The notes under the pieces: generated by a model
What the model saw: only the letters and a program-made list of their open reading frames with translations
What the model was told of the DNA's origin: nothing
The model's database searches: none
In this document: piece by piece, positions 35,916-48,918 of the stretch
How positions within the stretch are numbered: position 1 is the first letter of the stretch
Layout of the letters: every line of letters starts with the position of its first letter
Assembly (NCBI RefSeq): GCF_018350175.1
Contig: NC_058368.1
Coordinates: 145,702,001-145,766,000, forward strand
Source: Felis catus
Lineage: Eukaryota
Length of the DNA stretch: 64,000 nt
Direction of reading: 5' to 3'
Program-made: the position numbers and the translations under genes

Positions 35916-36142
35916 GGGGTGCCTGGGTGGCTCAGTCAGTTAAGCATCCGACTTCGACTCAGGTCATGATCTCATGATTCGTGAGTTCTAGCCTTGCGAT
36001 GGGCTCTGAGCTGACAGCTCAGAGCCTAGAGCCTGCTTTGGATTCTGCGTCTCTGTCTTTCTCTGTCCCTCCCCTACTCATACTCTGATTCTCTCTCTCT
36101 GTCTCTCTCTCTCTCGAAAATAAACATTTAAAAAAAAAAACC
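35916..36142 (+). mobile_element. CanSINE
   Basis: TSD actgaacctaagct (35902-35915) / actgaacctaaact (36143-36156). Confidence 0.95.
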
Positions 36143-37068
36143 ACTGAACCTAAACTGATACGAGACTAATTTTATCTTCATTTATGCCATTTAATGTGAA
36201 TATTTGTAAGTTTTGCTGTGGAAGTATTAATATGTTTGATGTGGAATGCTGCCCAGTCTATAGGATGGGTTACATACATATGGTGTAGGCACCATTACAT
36301 TTACAAAATCAGAAAATTTCTGAATTCTGAAACACATCTCATCCCAAGGATTTCAGATAAAGTACTGGATGTATGCTGAGATAAGACAGTATATTGGCAA
36401 AAATACTGCTGTTTGATCTGTCCTGCTGCTTCTTGGTTTTATCTCTTGGCATTTTCTTATAGGAATTAAAATAGAAATTTCTCAGGCTACTCACTCATTT
36501 ATTAAATATTTATTGAATACCTACTATATGTCACACAGTCATGGTTCCTTCCTTTCAGGAGCTGATTGGCCAGTGGCAGTTGTACCTTATCAATGGCCTA
36601 CTATGTGCAAAGTCCCAATCTAGGCATGTTACTAACATGGTGTTTGATTTTGCAGAATAGTCAGTTCTTATAAATGAAGGAATGGAGATTCAGAGATGCT
36701 AACTAACCTGCTCAAATCTGCAGAATGCTTGAGCTGGGACTTAAACCCTGGTCTGAATGGCTCCAGGGCCTCTGTTCTCATTGTGGGGCCTAATGGCTCT
36801 TAAAGAGGGTCTTTAGATTTTAATCTGTTTGTCACAGGCCCTGTGTTGTATTGGCCTTGCTAACAGGAAAGGCCCTGCCCTGGAGTGGGCTCACTGGTGG
36901 CCGTTCCCTTTTACCTTCCTAGAAGGGTTGTATCACTGTGTGCAGGAGATATATGAGCAGCCATTGGGCAAGTCCTATAAGTTGCAAATGAAATTAGTGC
37001 AGTGGGGTGTACATGAAATGTTGGAAAAGTGCAAAGTGACTTTTGTTTAAAAAATCTTTTTTAACATT

Positions 37069-37272
37069 TTTTTAATGCTTATTTATTTTTGAGAGAGCAG
37101 GGGAGCATGACCTGGGAAGGGGCAGAGAGAGAGGGAGAAGATAGAATTCCAAGCAGGCTTTGTGCTATCAGCATAGATCCTGATGTTGGACTTGAGTCCA
37201 AGAACCTTGAGATCATGACCTGAGCCAAAATGGACAGTCAGATGCCTAACCTACTGAGCAACCCAGGGGCCC
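37069..37272 (-). mobile_element. Older CanSINE
   Basis: Reverse SINE body with a degenerate TSD. Confidence 0.9.
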
Positions 37273-37284
37273 TTAAAAAGCTCT

Positions 37285-38660
37285 TTGTAACATTTAAATA
37301 GAAATAAAATTTGTATACAATAAAAATCAAAGATCTTAAATGCCTGATTCGATGAATTTTGACAAGAATTAGGCACTACATACTTACCACCCTTACCACC
37401 TTCCTGTCAAACCTCATCCCATAGGCACCATTTTTCTCAGTTCTCTCTCCATAGTTTATTTAGTTTTGCTGGTTCTTGAGTGTCATAAAAATGGAATCAA
37501 ACAGGATGCACTGTTCTTTGTCTGGCTTTTTTTGTACAGTGCACTGTTTTTGAGATGTATCCTCGCTGTTATGTTTATTAGTAATTCATTCTTTATTATT
37601 CTGTGTAGTATTATATTATCAGAATGCACCACAATTTATTATTCCATTCCTTTATTGTTGGACTTTGAGGATGCTTCCAGTTTGGAGCTATTGAATAGAG
37701 CTGCTCTAAACATTATTGCACAAGTCTTTTGTGGACAAAATTTTTCATGTCTCTCAAGTAAATACCTAGGATTGGAATTGCTAAGTCATGAGCTATGTTT
37801 AGTTTAAAAAGAAACTGCCAAATAGTTTTTTAAAATTGTTGTATATATTTCACATCGTGAATATCTGAGAGTTCTAGTTGTTCCGCATCCTTGACATCAG
37901 CTGTTGGTTTTAGCTATTCCAGTGGGTGTGAATTGGTAGATCGCTGTGGTTTTAATTTGTACTTATTTGATAATTACTGGTGTTAGGTATATTAGTATGG
38001 GCTTATTGGCCTTAGTATATTTTCTTTTGTAAACTGACCGTTGAAAGCTTTGTTAATTTTTTTAAATTGGGTTGTCTATTATTGATTGTGGAAGTTCTTC
38101 ATAGGTGAATCTTGCTCAACTTACAAGGAGGTTACATACCAATAAACCATTGAAAATGCATTTAATACACCTGACCTACTGAACATCATAGTTTAGCCCA
38201 GCCTGCTTTAAATGTGCTCAGAACACTTACTTAGCCTACAGTTGGGCAAAATCATCTAACACAAGCCTATTTTATAATAGAGTATTGGCCAGCTTATGTA
38301 ATTTATTGAATATTGTACTGAAAGTAAAAAACAGAATGGTTGTATGGGTACGGAATGGTTGTAAGCAGATGAGTTGTTTACCCTCGTGATGGAATGGCTG
38401 ACCAGAGTTGTGGCTTGTTGCTGTTGTCCAGCATCATGAAAGAGTATCGTATCACATATTGCTAGCCTGGGAAAAGATCAAAATTCAAAATTAGGAGTAT
38501 GGTTTCTACTGAATGGATATTGCTTTTGCACCGTGGTAAGGTCAGAAAAATCTTTACGTCAAACCATCATAAATTGGGAACTATCTGTGTTGAGACATAA
38601 GGATCTTCTTTCTCAGGTGTATAGCATGTATAGCAAATATTTTTTTCCCCACTGTGTGGA
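37285..38660 (-). mobile_element. Old L1 (L1MB/MC-like) 3' region, split by a Tigger element
   Basis: aatggaatcaaacag...ttccagtttggagctattgaatagagctgct...aaatacctaggattggaattgct...aagaaactgccaaa. Confidence 0.85.
38102..38587 (+). mobile_element. Tigger5/MER47-like TcMar DNA transposon derivative
   Basis: gaaaatgcatttaatacacctgacctactgaacatcatag...cctacagttgggcaaaatcatctaacac...aacagaatggttgtatgggtac. Confidence 0.85.
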
Positions 38661-39679
38661 AAACTACAAAGTCAGTTCATTAAAAGTAAAATTTCTTCAG
38701 GAGAGGAGTTCTGGTATCTGCCTCGTGCTAATTATAGTATTTGTTATAATGTCTTCCTCTTTCAAAAATGGCTATGTTTGCAATTGACAAGAGGAGGGAC
38801 ATTTACAGAATGAAGTTTACATTGCTTGTGGCCCCCAAATTATTCCCCTTATAGACACTCCTCTGAAGTTATAATTGGAACATGTGATTCACTCACCAAA
38901 AATTTATTTTACCCAGTTTAGGATCATACTTATTTAATTAGGGGAAGTAAAAATTACTGAGCAAATTAAAACAACAAAAACTGAAGACTATTTTTTTTCC
39001 CCAGAAAGGAACTTTTAGAATGATGTAATTGTTTAAAAGTTTTCTTTTTAATTTTAAAAGTAAAACACATTTCATGCAAAGTAAGTTGGCAAATATTTTA
39101 AAGAGCACTGAAAGTTAAAATGGATAGTTAATTTAAAAAGCAAATAAAAAAACCCCACAGATTTCTGACTTTTAGGATTAATGCCTATTTTACTTTAGTT
39201 AGACAAGCCATGCTGTATTTGTTTCTGAAGAGAAATGTGTTAACAATGCCAGAGATATCACTAGAATTGGCTCCTACCTATATAGCCAAACAATATCCTT
39301 TAAAAGCCTGAGAAGTAGAACTGGGCTTGTTAATATCCACCATCAGCACGGCTGGATGGACCTTCCTGTCTGAATTCTCAGCTAATTCAAGAGGATCAAA
39401 TAACTTAAGGCCACAATTAGGGGAGGGAAACAGGAGTTTCAGCCAGTTTTATCCTCTCAAGGATAAACTACCTGTAACCATAAAGTATTTTTTTTCCCAT
39501 TCAGAAAGTAGTAAAGTTGGACAGCTATTCTGAGCTTTCTCTTCCATCCTTTGGGTTTAGTCTCTTCAGGGACAGGGCACATAATGGTGGGTTTCTGCCC
39601 AGGTTGGTTTCACAGCTCCTTAGCCATATTCCTGTATGTATTTGAGTGGCTTCTTCTTAATTCATGCATCATTACTTCT

Positions 39680-40065
39680 TGTCTGGACTGAGCTATATCA
39701 CCTCAGAATTCATTTGTTGAACCCTAACCACTTGCACCTCAGAATGTGACTGTCCTTGGAAATAGGGTTTTTCAAGAAGTATTTAAGTTAAAATGAGATC
39801 ATTAAGGTGGGCCCTCATAACTGGAGTTCTTACTAGAAGAGGAGTTTTGAACACAGATAGGTGCAGAGAGAGAAAGAGAACTATGTGAAGACACAAGGAG
39901 AAGATGTCACATATAAGCCAAAGAGAGAGGCCTAAGATGAGACCAACTCTGCTAACACCTTGATCTCAAACTTCTAGCTACCAGGACTGTGAGGAAATAC
40001 ATTTCTGTTGTTTAAACCATTCCATCTGTGGTTCTTTGTTATGGCAGCCCTAACCAACAAAATCA
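39680..40065 (+). mobile_element. MLT1B-like MaLR solo LTR
   Basis: cctcagaatgtgactgt...aagttaaaatgag...gctaacaccttgatctc...tttgttatggcagcccta. Confidence 0.85.
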
Positions 40066-40302
40066 AGCCTTTAATGGATCATCACTCCAGCACTGTAAAT
40101 ATTAAGTTTATTAGGTTGTGGCAGAGACTGGGCTAAATGGTAGCACATATATTACTCAAAGGCTCAGCACAGTTACAATAGTCACTTCTCTTTTTTATCT
40201 TATTTAGTATTTTTTGAATAAAATAATTGTAGTTTATTTGATAGCTTTAAAATATGACATAAATTTGAACTAATATATATCTCCTGAATTCTACCTGATT
40301 TT

Positions 40303-40493
40303 TTGATTTTTAATGTTTGTTTATTTTTGAGAGTGAGTGAGGGAGGGAGGGGCAGAAAGAGAGGGGGACAGAGGATCTAAGGGAGGCTCTGTGCTGACAG
40401 CAGACAGCTCACTATGGGGCTCAAACCCATGAACTGTGAGATTAGGACTAAGCTGAGGTCAGATGCTTAACCAAGTGAGCCACCCAGGTGCTC
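40303..40493 (-). mobile_element. CanSINE
   Basis: 12-bp TSD ctacctgatttt (40291-40302 / 40494-40505). Confidence 0.93.
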
Positions 40494-40596
40494 CTACCTG
40501 ATTTTCTCCAAAATAGGCTGTCATATAAAATGTTTCAAATATATATATTGTTGAACTTTTAGAATGAAAGGAAAAATGTCTTCCTTTAGATATTTA

Positions 40597-40745
40597 GCAG
40601 AGAGGGGGAGACACAGAGTCTGAAGCAGGCTCCAGGCTCTGAGCTGTCAGCACAGAACCTGACATGGGGCTCAAACTCACGGACTGTGAGATCATGACCT
40701 GAGCCGAAGTCGGACGTTCAACAGACTGAGCCACCCAGGTGCCCC
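40597..40745 (-). mobile_element. CanSINE lacking its 3' tail
   Basis: Head and body present; the (CT)n region and A-tail are deleted. Confidence 0.9.
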
Positions 40746-41699
40746 ATTAATTACAATAATCTTTACACATGAGTTTTATTTGATAAAATTTTTTGAGAAA
40801 ATTATTGATTTTCTAAACATTTAGCAACTCACAAAAAATGTACACAACCCCCCCCCCCCACACTCACACATGCATACTTTTTTCTTATATATTAGTGTCA
40901 ATACCAGGGCAAAAGGAAATCTTTCAAGATATGAGTACCTACTCTCAGAAGTGGTGGTATATTTTTCATTCCTTGTTAGCATTCTGAATGGCTTGCTTTC
41001 AAGAGAGAGCTTTTGATCCTTCAAAAAGATACAGGCCTTTCCACTGCTCTCCATCTGGACTCCATCACTGCAGGGAGAGGCAGGGACCACTCCTGGGGAC
41101 TGACACTTGGTCCCTTTTTTTTTTCTTTCTTGCCCCTTGTTTCCTGAAGTCTCTAGTTTATTAATGTGAAATTGAAGGAGGTCATTTTCCAAAGGGCAAT
41201 ACAAGCTTGCTGGTCCCGGTTCTTCAAACATACATGGAAGCTTCCTCTACTCAGAAAATTAGTCCTCCTTCAGGAAATCCATTAGAGTTAGTAAGCTGTA
41301 AGGGAAAAATACCTCTTACCCACTGACACCTCTAAGCTTATTGGTAATCACATTTCTCCTCCTGATACTAAGCAGGAGGTATGTGGTGTGTGAACTCAGG
41401 TACTTGAGGTAGGAAGGGCAGGCCTGAGCAGCAGGAAGATGCTAGAGACTACAGAAGGCTGTGGGGAAAGAAAAAGAGCCCTGAGAACTGGAAGGGAGTA
41501 TTAAAAAAGGAACAGCAGGCTAGACTTATGCTGCATCAAGTATCATTCTGGGCTCTTGTTGTTGCCGAAATGGGGACAGAGTTCCTCCATTCCCTGCCTC
41601 AGCCCTCCTTTCAACACACTCATTACTTAGTTATGCGTGCAGGGCTAGCCTGAGTTACAGCACTAAGATAGATGAACGTTGCCCTCCTCAAGCCTCATA

Positions 41700-42175
41700 T
41701 TTTATCCTTCACCCCTATTTCTTGCCCAGGCCTATAATCTCCTCAGTCCAGAATCTATTGCTTATTCTTTAACTGGCCAAGGTCAGGGCTTCCACTGATA
41801 CCCCACATCAGGCATGTGTTCCCTCTTCTAGAAATGCTTAGCACATCTTCTTCACCCCTTCATCTATTTCTCCTTCAGCGTCAACACAAATGTCTCTCGC
41901 AAGGGAGGCCTGTCTCAGCCCTTGAATGTGGTTAGGCTTATGTATTAACATATCTCCTGGCAGTATAAACCTATACTTCCCAGTGCTTACCTCAGTTGGC
42001 AGTGGTCCATTTATTTGAACGAATGTTGACTAACGTCTGCATCCTATGCTGCACTGCAAACTGCTCGAGGGGGTTTGCATCTGTCTTTCTCACCACTGTG
42101 TCCTCAGGCCAAGTACGATGTCTAGCATGAAGTAAACTCTTGATAAATATGAAGAGTTAACTAATGAATAAATGA
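41700..42175 (+). mobile_element. L2 3' remnant
   Basis: tctgtctttctcaccactgtgtcctcagg...tctagcatg...gataaatat...aatgaataaatga. Confidence 0.65.
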
Positions 42176-43184
42176 GGGCCACTTGAAGCCTACCTGTGCT
42201 TCCTCTGCTTGATATCCAAAGAATAAAGCCATCTTTTCACCTTCTCATGAGACCAGGAGGTGAACATGAACTGGAGTAATTCAGAGGATGAGTCTAGGCA
42301 GTGTCAGAGCTCTGGCCCGGGTGGCTCCTATGCCCGTGCATCTTGGGAACATTTGATATGGACAGGTGTAGCATGGGTGGTGGAGTGCACTGGGGCTGGT
42401 TCTCTATAGGAGGTGCTTGCTGGTGGTTATGGAGAACAGAGTCATGATCTATGGGTTTATAAGATCCTTCTAGGGGAACAGAATTCATTAGAGGCAATTT
42501 GGTTCTTTCCCTTATAATTTCAACTGTTGCTTTCTCTCACAGGGGAAGACTATAATAACAAAAGCCTTATTAGGGCTGGGTTTTGCAGTTGTTGACAGAT
42601 AGTACAAATTTGCATTTTCTCTGGATTTTGCACAGTGCTGTCGTATTCATTGTATGGATGTAGCTCAAAGCCTTTAATAGAATGACTTAGTTCTCATTTT
42701 GGTGGTTAGTAAAAATAGAAAAACAAAGTCTCACTTAGTTTTGTAGTCTATTGTGGAATTTTGATGATTTGTTTGAAATAAAGCTCATTTTTTTCACAAC
42801 CATAAAACAATTGCCAAACCTCACTATGATGTATCAGATACATGAATTACAATGATGAGAACTGCTTACATCTCTGTTATCTACAAAACTTCTGTCTGTG
42901 AGCATTAAAAGGTACCAGTGAGTTTTAGAAACACTTGCAGTTATTTGGAATGTCCTTTCCATTTTCTGAGATTGGAAGCTAGACTGTTGAGTGTTGAGTG
43001 ACAGTTTGTAAAGATGTGAACTGAATGGTGCACAGTCTGCTTATCTAATGTGCAGGGAGCAAAAATATAATTACATAACTGAGAACTAGAGACCTTATCT
43101 CCTGTTTGAATTGGATCTCATTCCACCAAAGATGTGAGCTTCATAGTCAATCTTACTACTTCATATTTAAAAGAGGCCCTCTAG

Positions 43185-43612
43185 GTCAGTGGAAATGCAC
43201 TGGGAAAGGCATTAGAAGACCAGTTCCAGGGGCACCTGGGTGGCTCAGTCGCTTGAGTATCTGACTTCGGCTCAGTTCATAATCTTATGGTTCCTGAGTT
43301 CGGACCCCGCATCAGGCTTGCTGTTGTCAGCCTGTCAGCACAGAGCCTGCTTCAGATCCTCTGCCCTGCTCTCACTATCCCCTCCCCCACTTGCACTCTC
43401 CCCAAAATAAATAAATATTAAAAAAAAAGGACCATTTGCTACTCTGCCACTTCCTAATTATGTGACACTGGCCAAGACATTTAATCCCTGATGTCTCACT
43501 TCCATCTGTAAAATGGAAATTGTAATAGCTGTCCTAACCTACCTCATAGGGCTTATGGTTATGACCAAATAAGACAATGTAGGTCAATTGCAAAGGATTG
43601 TGCAAATGTAAG
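43185..43612 (+). mobile_element. MIR split by a CanSINE
   Basis: ctctgccacttcctaattatgtgac...catctgtaaaatgg...cctacctcataggg. Confidence 0.8.
43229..43428 (+). mobile_element. CanSINE
   Basis: Full SINE with an internal tgtcagc duplication. Confidence 0.92.
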
Positions 43613-43711
43613 ATATAATTTCATGACATCATGTTATTTTCTGTTTTCATTTTTACATATGTAGTCCTATTTCCCCAACCTATTCTAAGGTTTAAAAAAT
43701 TTGCCATACTA

Positions 43712-43933
43712 GGGGCATCTGGGTGGCTCAGTTGGTTAAGTGACCGACTTCAGCTCAGGCATGATCTCACAGTTCGTGGGTTTGAGCCCCATGTTGGGCT
43801 CTGTGCTGACAGCTCAGAGCCTGGAGCCTGCCTCAGATTCTATGTCTCCCTCTCTCTCTGCCCCTCTCTCACTAGCACTCTGTCTCTCTCCCCCTCTCTC
43901 TGTCAAAAATAAATAAACATGAATTTTTTTTTT
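43712..43933 (+). mobile_element. CanSINE
   Basis: TSD aatttgccatact / aatttgctgtact. Confidence 0.93.
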
Positions 43934-43944
43934 AATTTGCTGTA

Positions 43945-44400
43945 CTTACTAGTCACAGTTCAGTTAGACAAACAGGACCACTAGGAGATATAATATATGA
44001 GACTTGTCATTACAGGCATTTAACTTGTCACGGTTATAGTAGCTGGTTAAGCAGTAGTCTTTGTGTTGGATGCTGGAGCCCAAAGTCTCCAAGGTGGGCA
44101 GTCTAGGAGGGAAGATGGATATAGAGTGGAGAAAAGCAAGGACAAACAGGAAGCTTTAAGCGTATACTGGGGCTCATGTCAGTTCTTCATGTCTCCAGCT
44201 ATGATGTGTATGTCATGTAGGAAAAGTGGTGTCTCTCATCATGGAGTCCAGAAAGTGGATATGATGAACGATAATTTAGGGGGAGGTGGAGCAGTTGGAA
44301 GCCCACCTGCTGCCACATGCTAATGCGTTGATGCCAGCTGGTCGAAGATAATGTACAAGAGCTACAAAAGCATCTGCTTCTATCTTTCAAAAGTGAAAAT
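43945..44400 (-). mobile_element. Old ERVL-class LTR (family uncertain)
   Basis: cagttcagttagacaaacaggaccact...agctggttaagcagt...gatgctggagc...gaagatggat...agcaaggacaaac. Confidence 0.5.
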
Positions 44401-44521
44401 CATTGTGGCTGCTGCTTCTGTTCCATGCTCTGAATCTTGTGCCGCTATGTCTCTCATGGGGGTGGGGGACGATATGTCTCTCATGGTACATGCTTTTTAT
44501 CATGTACATGAAATATACGGG

Positions 44522-45059
44522 CAGGGTCAGCTATAACATGTGTGGGGCAGTACAAACTGAAAATGTGCAGCCCCCTGTTCAAAAGAGCAAGAAAACTGAT
44601 TTTTCCTTTCTTTCAAAGTCTTTTTTTGGTTATGTCATGGTGTTCATTATTTGCAATTTAATGCTGCATTCCCTAACTTATGAGATGCTCACTGGGTGTA
44701 TACAGACTTCACAGGCACCCTGGGCCCTGTCCCATGACTTGGCATTCAGAGAGTGTATGCCTGCTTCCAAGCCTCCTTGTCCCATGCCCTGGACCCCACC
44801 AGGGGTAGCAGTAGTCTATATGGGAAGGTATTCCCAGGGAGGCAGGGAGGCAGTAAGAGGTGATAACACATGTGAACCAAGGCTCCAAGGCTCTAGAACA
44901 TGTTTCACTTTCCCAGTGGACTTCACTTATAAAACACAAATTCAAAGATAAAACTAGTAAGAATTTCAACATGAAGCCTTAAACCCCAGCATCAATTCTC
45001 CTTCTGAACACATGTCTCTTTGTATTTGCACTGTTTGCATGTTCATCAAGCTTGTCCTG
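44522..45059 (-). mobile_element. MER45B/C-like hAT-Tip100 element
   Basis: Left end cagggtcagctataacatgtgtggggcagtacaaactgaaaatgtgcagccccctgttcaaaa and right end gcatgttcatcaagcttgtcctg match the MER45 termini. Confidence 0.8.
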
Positions 45060-45679
45060 CTTACAGGAAAGGCAGTTCTGGGGAGTGTAGTTTAGCCTAG
45101 CCAAGGAGATATATTACAAATCCACTGCACCATTTACTCTGCCTACTTCCAGTACTTTTTTCCCAAAGAGCTATCATTATGTATTGAAACAAGATAGAAG
45201 GCTATAAACCTAGCCTTGTTATTTTTCTGACAGTCTGCCAGACACATGCACATACCTCACTATGGCACTGCCACCAGTATTTCTCAACTCCTATTTCCCC
45301 AAGGACCACAACTTTTGATGTAACATTTTTGAAGACATACGACTGCTCACCTATGGCAGTCTTTTATGATTGAGAGATCTAAATTTTATAGTTGGGTTCC
45401 ATAGGCTAATGAGGATATTTATATAATTCAATTTTCTAGCTCAACAATGTAGTCTTTGAGATTTTTCAGATGAGATGTTGGAAGGTGCATGCTCACCACC
45501 TTGTTGGGAGTCCTATATGAGCCCCTCCATTCTGAACCTACTTCAAGCCCCTGAGTGCTTTCTACCTGGGCTATTTCTCAAGGTTATATTTGCAGAGAGC
45601 AACTTGAAGAGAAGAGGCAGTGTCTCCCTCTGGGGCGAATAGTAGGCATGCTATAAGTAGTGGATTCCTCCTTAGTGTT

Positions 45680-46011
45680 TGTCTTCATTTTCTAGGGCTG
45701 CCACAACAAGGTACCACAGCCTGGATGGGTTAAACAGAAATTTATTTTATCACAGTCCTGGAAGCTAGAAGTTCAAGATCCAGCTTTCAGAAGGGTTGTT
45801 CTCCTTAGAAGCCTCTCTTTTTGGCTTGTAGATGGCCATCTTTTCCTGGTATCTTCACATCGTGTTCCCTGTGTCCAAAAGCATGCATATCTGTGTCCTA
45901 ATCTCCTTTTCTTCTCTAAAGGCTCTAGTCAGATTAGCTCACCAACAACCCATGGGCCTCAGTTTAATTTACTTATCTCTTTAAAGATCTTCTCTTCAAA
46001 TACAGTCACAG
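45680..46011 (-). mobile_element. MLT1B-like MaLR LTR
   Basis: tgtcttcattttctagggctgccacaacaaggtaccacag...aaacagaaatttatt...caaatacagtcaca. Confidence 0.85.
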
Positions 46012-46405
46012 TAACAATCTGAAATGACAAGCGAACTTAGAATTCATAACCTAGTCCAGGTGCCCTGTTCTGCGTATTAGATGAATGCAGTATTTGTCAT
46101 CAGTCAGTCCTCTGTGGGCCCTTCATGTCAAAGGAAGGTTGGCTCTTGCTGTGACAGAGGCTGCCTAAGCAGACTGTTGGCAACATTTTCTTACAAGGTC
46201 CTATGTCAACATCACTAAGGTGACTATGTATCTCCAAGGGCGTGCATGGCTACTCCTGGAGGACATCTGGGTTGTGAGCTAGATGGAACTACTTTGCTGA
46301 GAGGCCTCTGCCCTTCATAGTTAGGGGGTGGTGTAAAACCTTTTGCCAGGAAGGCTTGTAGAGAAGGCATTCTGAGCTCACAATTTAATCCTGTCCCTCA
46401 TCCCC

Positions 46406-46957
46406 TCTTAAGGGCTGAATTGTATCCCCACTTAGTGTTGTGTGTTGAATTCCTAACTCCCAGTACCTCAGAATGTAACTGAATTTAGAGACAGGGTCTT
46501 CAAAGAGGTCATTATGTTAAAATAAAGTCACTGGGGTAAGCTCTAATTCCATATGATTTGTGTTCTTTTAAGAAGAAATATGAACACAGACAGGTACGGA
46601 GGGAAGACCACACGAAGACACAGGGAAAAGATAGCATGTACAAGCCAAAGAGAGAGGCCTCAGAAGAACACTCTTTTAGGGGTGCTTGAGTGGCTGAGTC
46701 GGTTAAACATCCGACTTTGTTTCAGGTCAGAATCTCACAGTTTGTGGGTTTGAGCCCCGTATTGGGCTCTGCTGACAGCTTGGAGCCTGGAGCCTGCTTC
46801 AGATTCTGTGTTTCCCTCACTCTGTGCCCCTCCCCAGTCATGCTCTTTCTCTCTCAACAATAAACAAACATTACAAAAAAATTAAAAAAAAAAATAAAAT
46901 TGTAACCCCCACATACCCTTCTCAGCATCTTCTCACCCTTTTATTTCTACCTTTTAA

Positions 46958-46999
<42 letters not shown>

Positions 47000-47138
47000 T
47001 TTAAAAAAGAGAAAGAGTGTCCTGCTAACACCTTGATCTTGAATTTCTAGCCCCTAATATTGTGAGAAAATAAATTTTTGTTGTTGAAGCCATTCATTCT
47101 GTGGTACTTTGTTATAGCAGCACTAGCTGACTAATACA
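46406..47138 (+). mobile_element. MLT1B-like MaLR solo LTR, interrupted by a SINE plus extra sequence
   Basis: Ends gactaataca. 5-bp TSD tcccc (46401-46405 / 47139-47143), the length typical of MaLR. Confidence 0.9.
46679..46900 (+). mobile_element. CanSINE
   Basis: Full body and A-tail, followed by non-SINE, non-LTR sequence (see findings). Confidence 0.93.
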
Positions 47139-47744
47139 TCCCCCATTCACATATATATATCCAAACACATAAAATGATAAATAAAAATAGAACAGGGATA
47201 AACTGAAAATATTTAACCATGTCTTAAAATTAGCCATCTCTTTAACATCCCAGTGGATGAGATTTGCAAAATAGTCTGAGGGACTAAAGCCATGTGTCTG
47301 CTGAACGTCAAGTTGGGTAGCAGGGAAGCCATGAATATATTTAAAGTGGTAACAGAATAAAAGTGCCTCTTACAACTTGCCCAGGCAGGACCAGAGCCAC
47401 CTCAGTGCTTGAAACCAGGGTGAAAGTCATTCACCCACTCGTGAATGGAGACTGCTAATGGAAGCTGTTCCCAGGTATTGATTTGTGCTAATTACTGCAT
47501 GTGCAGTGAGTGGGCGATGTAAGGATATGGACACCATCTTGTGATTAGCAATTAAGCCAAAATGTTCTGATTAAATCTATGAGATCTCTAATGTCTTTGA
47601 GGGACAAGAACTTCATTCAAAGCCTTAAGTCCTCAAGTTTCCTAGTTGTAGACTAGGAGGTCTGAGGAGCTGGGTGGAGGCCAATGCAAAACTGCTCTAG
47701 AGGAGGAAGAGAGGGGGGAGAGAGAGAGAGACAGAGAGTTTTTA

Positions 47745-47951
47745 TTTTTTAAAACATTTTATTTATTTTTGAGAGACAGAGACAGCGTGAGTGGGGAAGG
47801 AGTAGAGAGAGACACACACAGAGTCTGAAGCAGGCTCCAGGCTCTGAGCTGTCAGCATGGAGCCCAATGCAGGAGTCGAACCCATGAACCGCGAGATCAT
47901 GACCTGAGCCCAAGTTAGACTTTGGCTTAACCGAAGCCACCCAGGAGCTCC
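47745..47951 (-). mobile_element. CanSINE
   Basis: Reverse SINE; TSD-like agagttttta on both sides. Confidence 0.92.
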
Positions 47952-48918
47952 AAGACAGAGTTTTTACCTTTCACTGAAGGTGAGTCTACAAACCAAAATT
48001 CCAAAGCATATAAAGAAAGCTAATCCTAAGCTAACAGCCTCCACATTCAAGAACTGAAAGAAAGATTCACTTAGGTCCTTTGCTGCCTCACAGTGGGTTT
48101 TTTTGCACGCTAGTCTACCACTCACAATATCAACCTTGTATTCTGATAGCAAGGTGAGACCTGAAGGGGACTGCTTAAAGAGTGTCTCCCATTAGCCATC
48201 AGCTACTTACTGTTCTTGCAGGGAAAAGCATCTTGTAAGACCTTATTTACAACTTATCTGTAGCATGCCTTTCAGGATGTTACTGTAGATACACAAAGAA
48301 TCATTTCCTTGAAGGTACATTTGATGAGAGAAACCTTCTGACTCTGATTCTGTGGTTTTACTGCCTGAACATTAACCAGATGTATAAGATAACAGAAATA
48401 GACTGCACTAATTAGTAGAAGTGCTATACTGGTGTTAACAGCTTTGTCTGGGCCAACTGATATAGGGAGACAACTTCCTATAGCTGACCAACTACTGCGT
48501 AGCTTAACTAAGGTGGCAGGGTAGGAGTGTTATCCATGCTATTGGATTGAAAGGAATGATGTGACTTCTCAGTTGTTGTGATTGGCCACAAGACTGACAA
48601 AGTGGGAAGCAGTCCCGACCACCTCAATAAAGAGCTGGTTGTTGAATGTGTGCTTACCACCATTGCCTGCTTTAATGCTACCCACCTGTTAACTGAGTCT
48701 CTGAAGGAAGATATTTGACCAAGATTCTAAATCACCATTCCATCACCAGTCATTGTTTCTTTTTCCCACGAGGCATGTACACAAAATGCTTTCCAGGTGC
48801 AATTTCTATACAGTGAGTTTTGTTCCAAGAGAGCTTTGTTCCCAGAAAATTCTAGGACCTGTTACACTGGGGTTCTAGGCAGGACCACATGTGGGTTGAG
48901 AGGATTCTTTTTGCCTCT

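Noticed and set aside
44403..44951. 182-aa ORF, the longest non-L1 ORF
   Set aside because: Mostly inside a MER45-type non-autonomous hAT element, starts at GTG, and shows no recognisable domain; a chance ORF.
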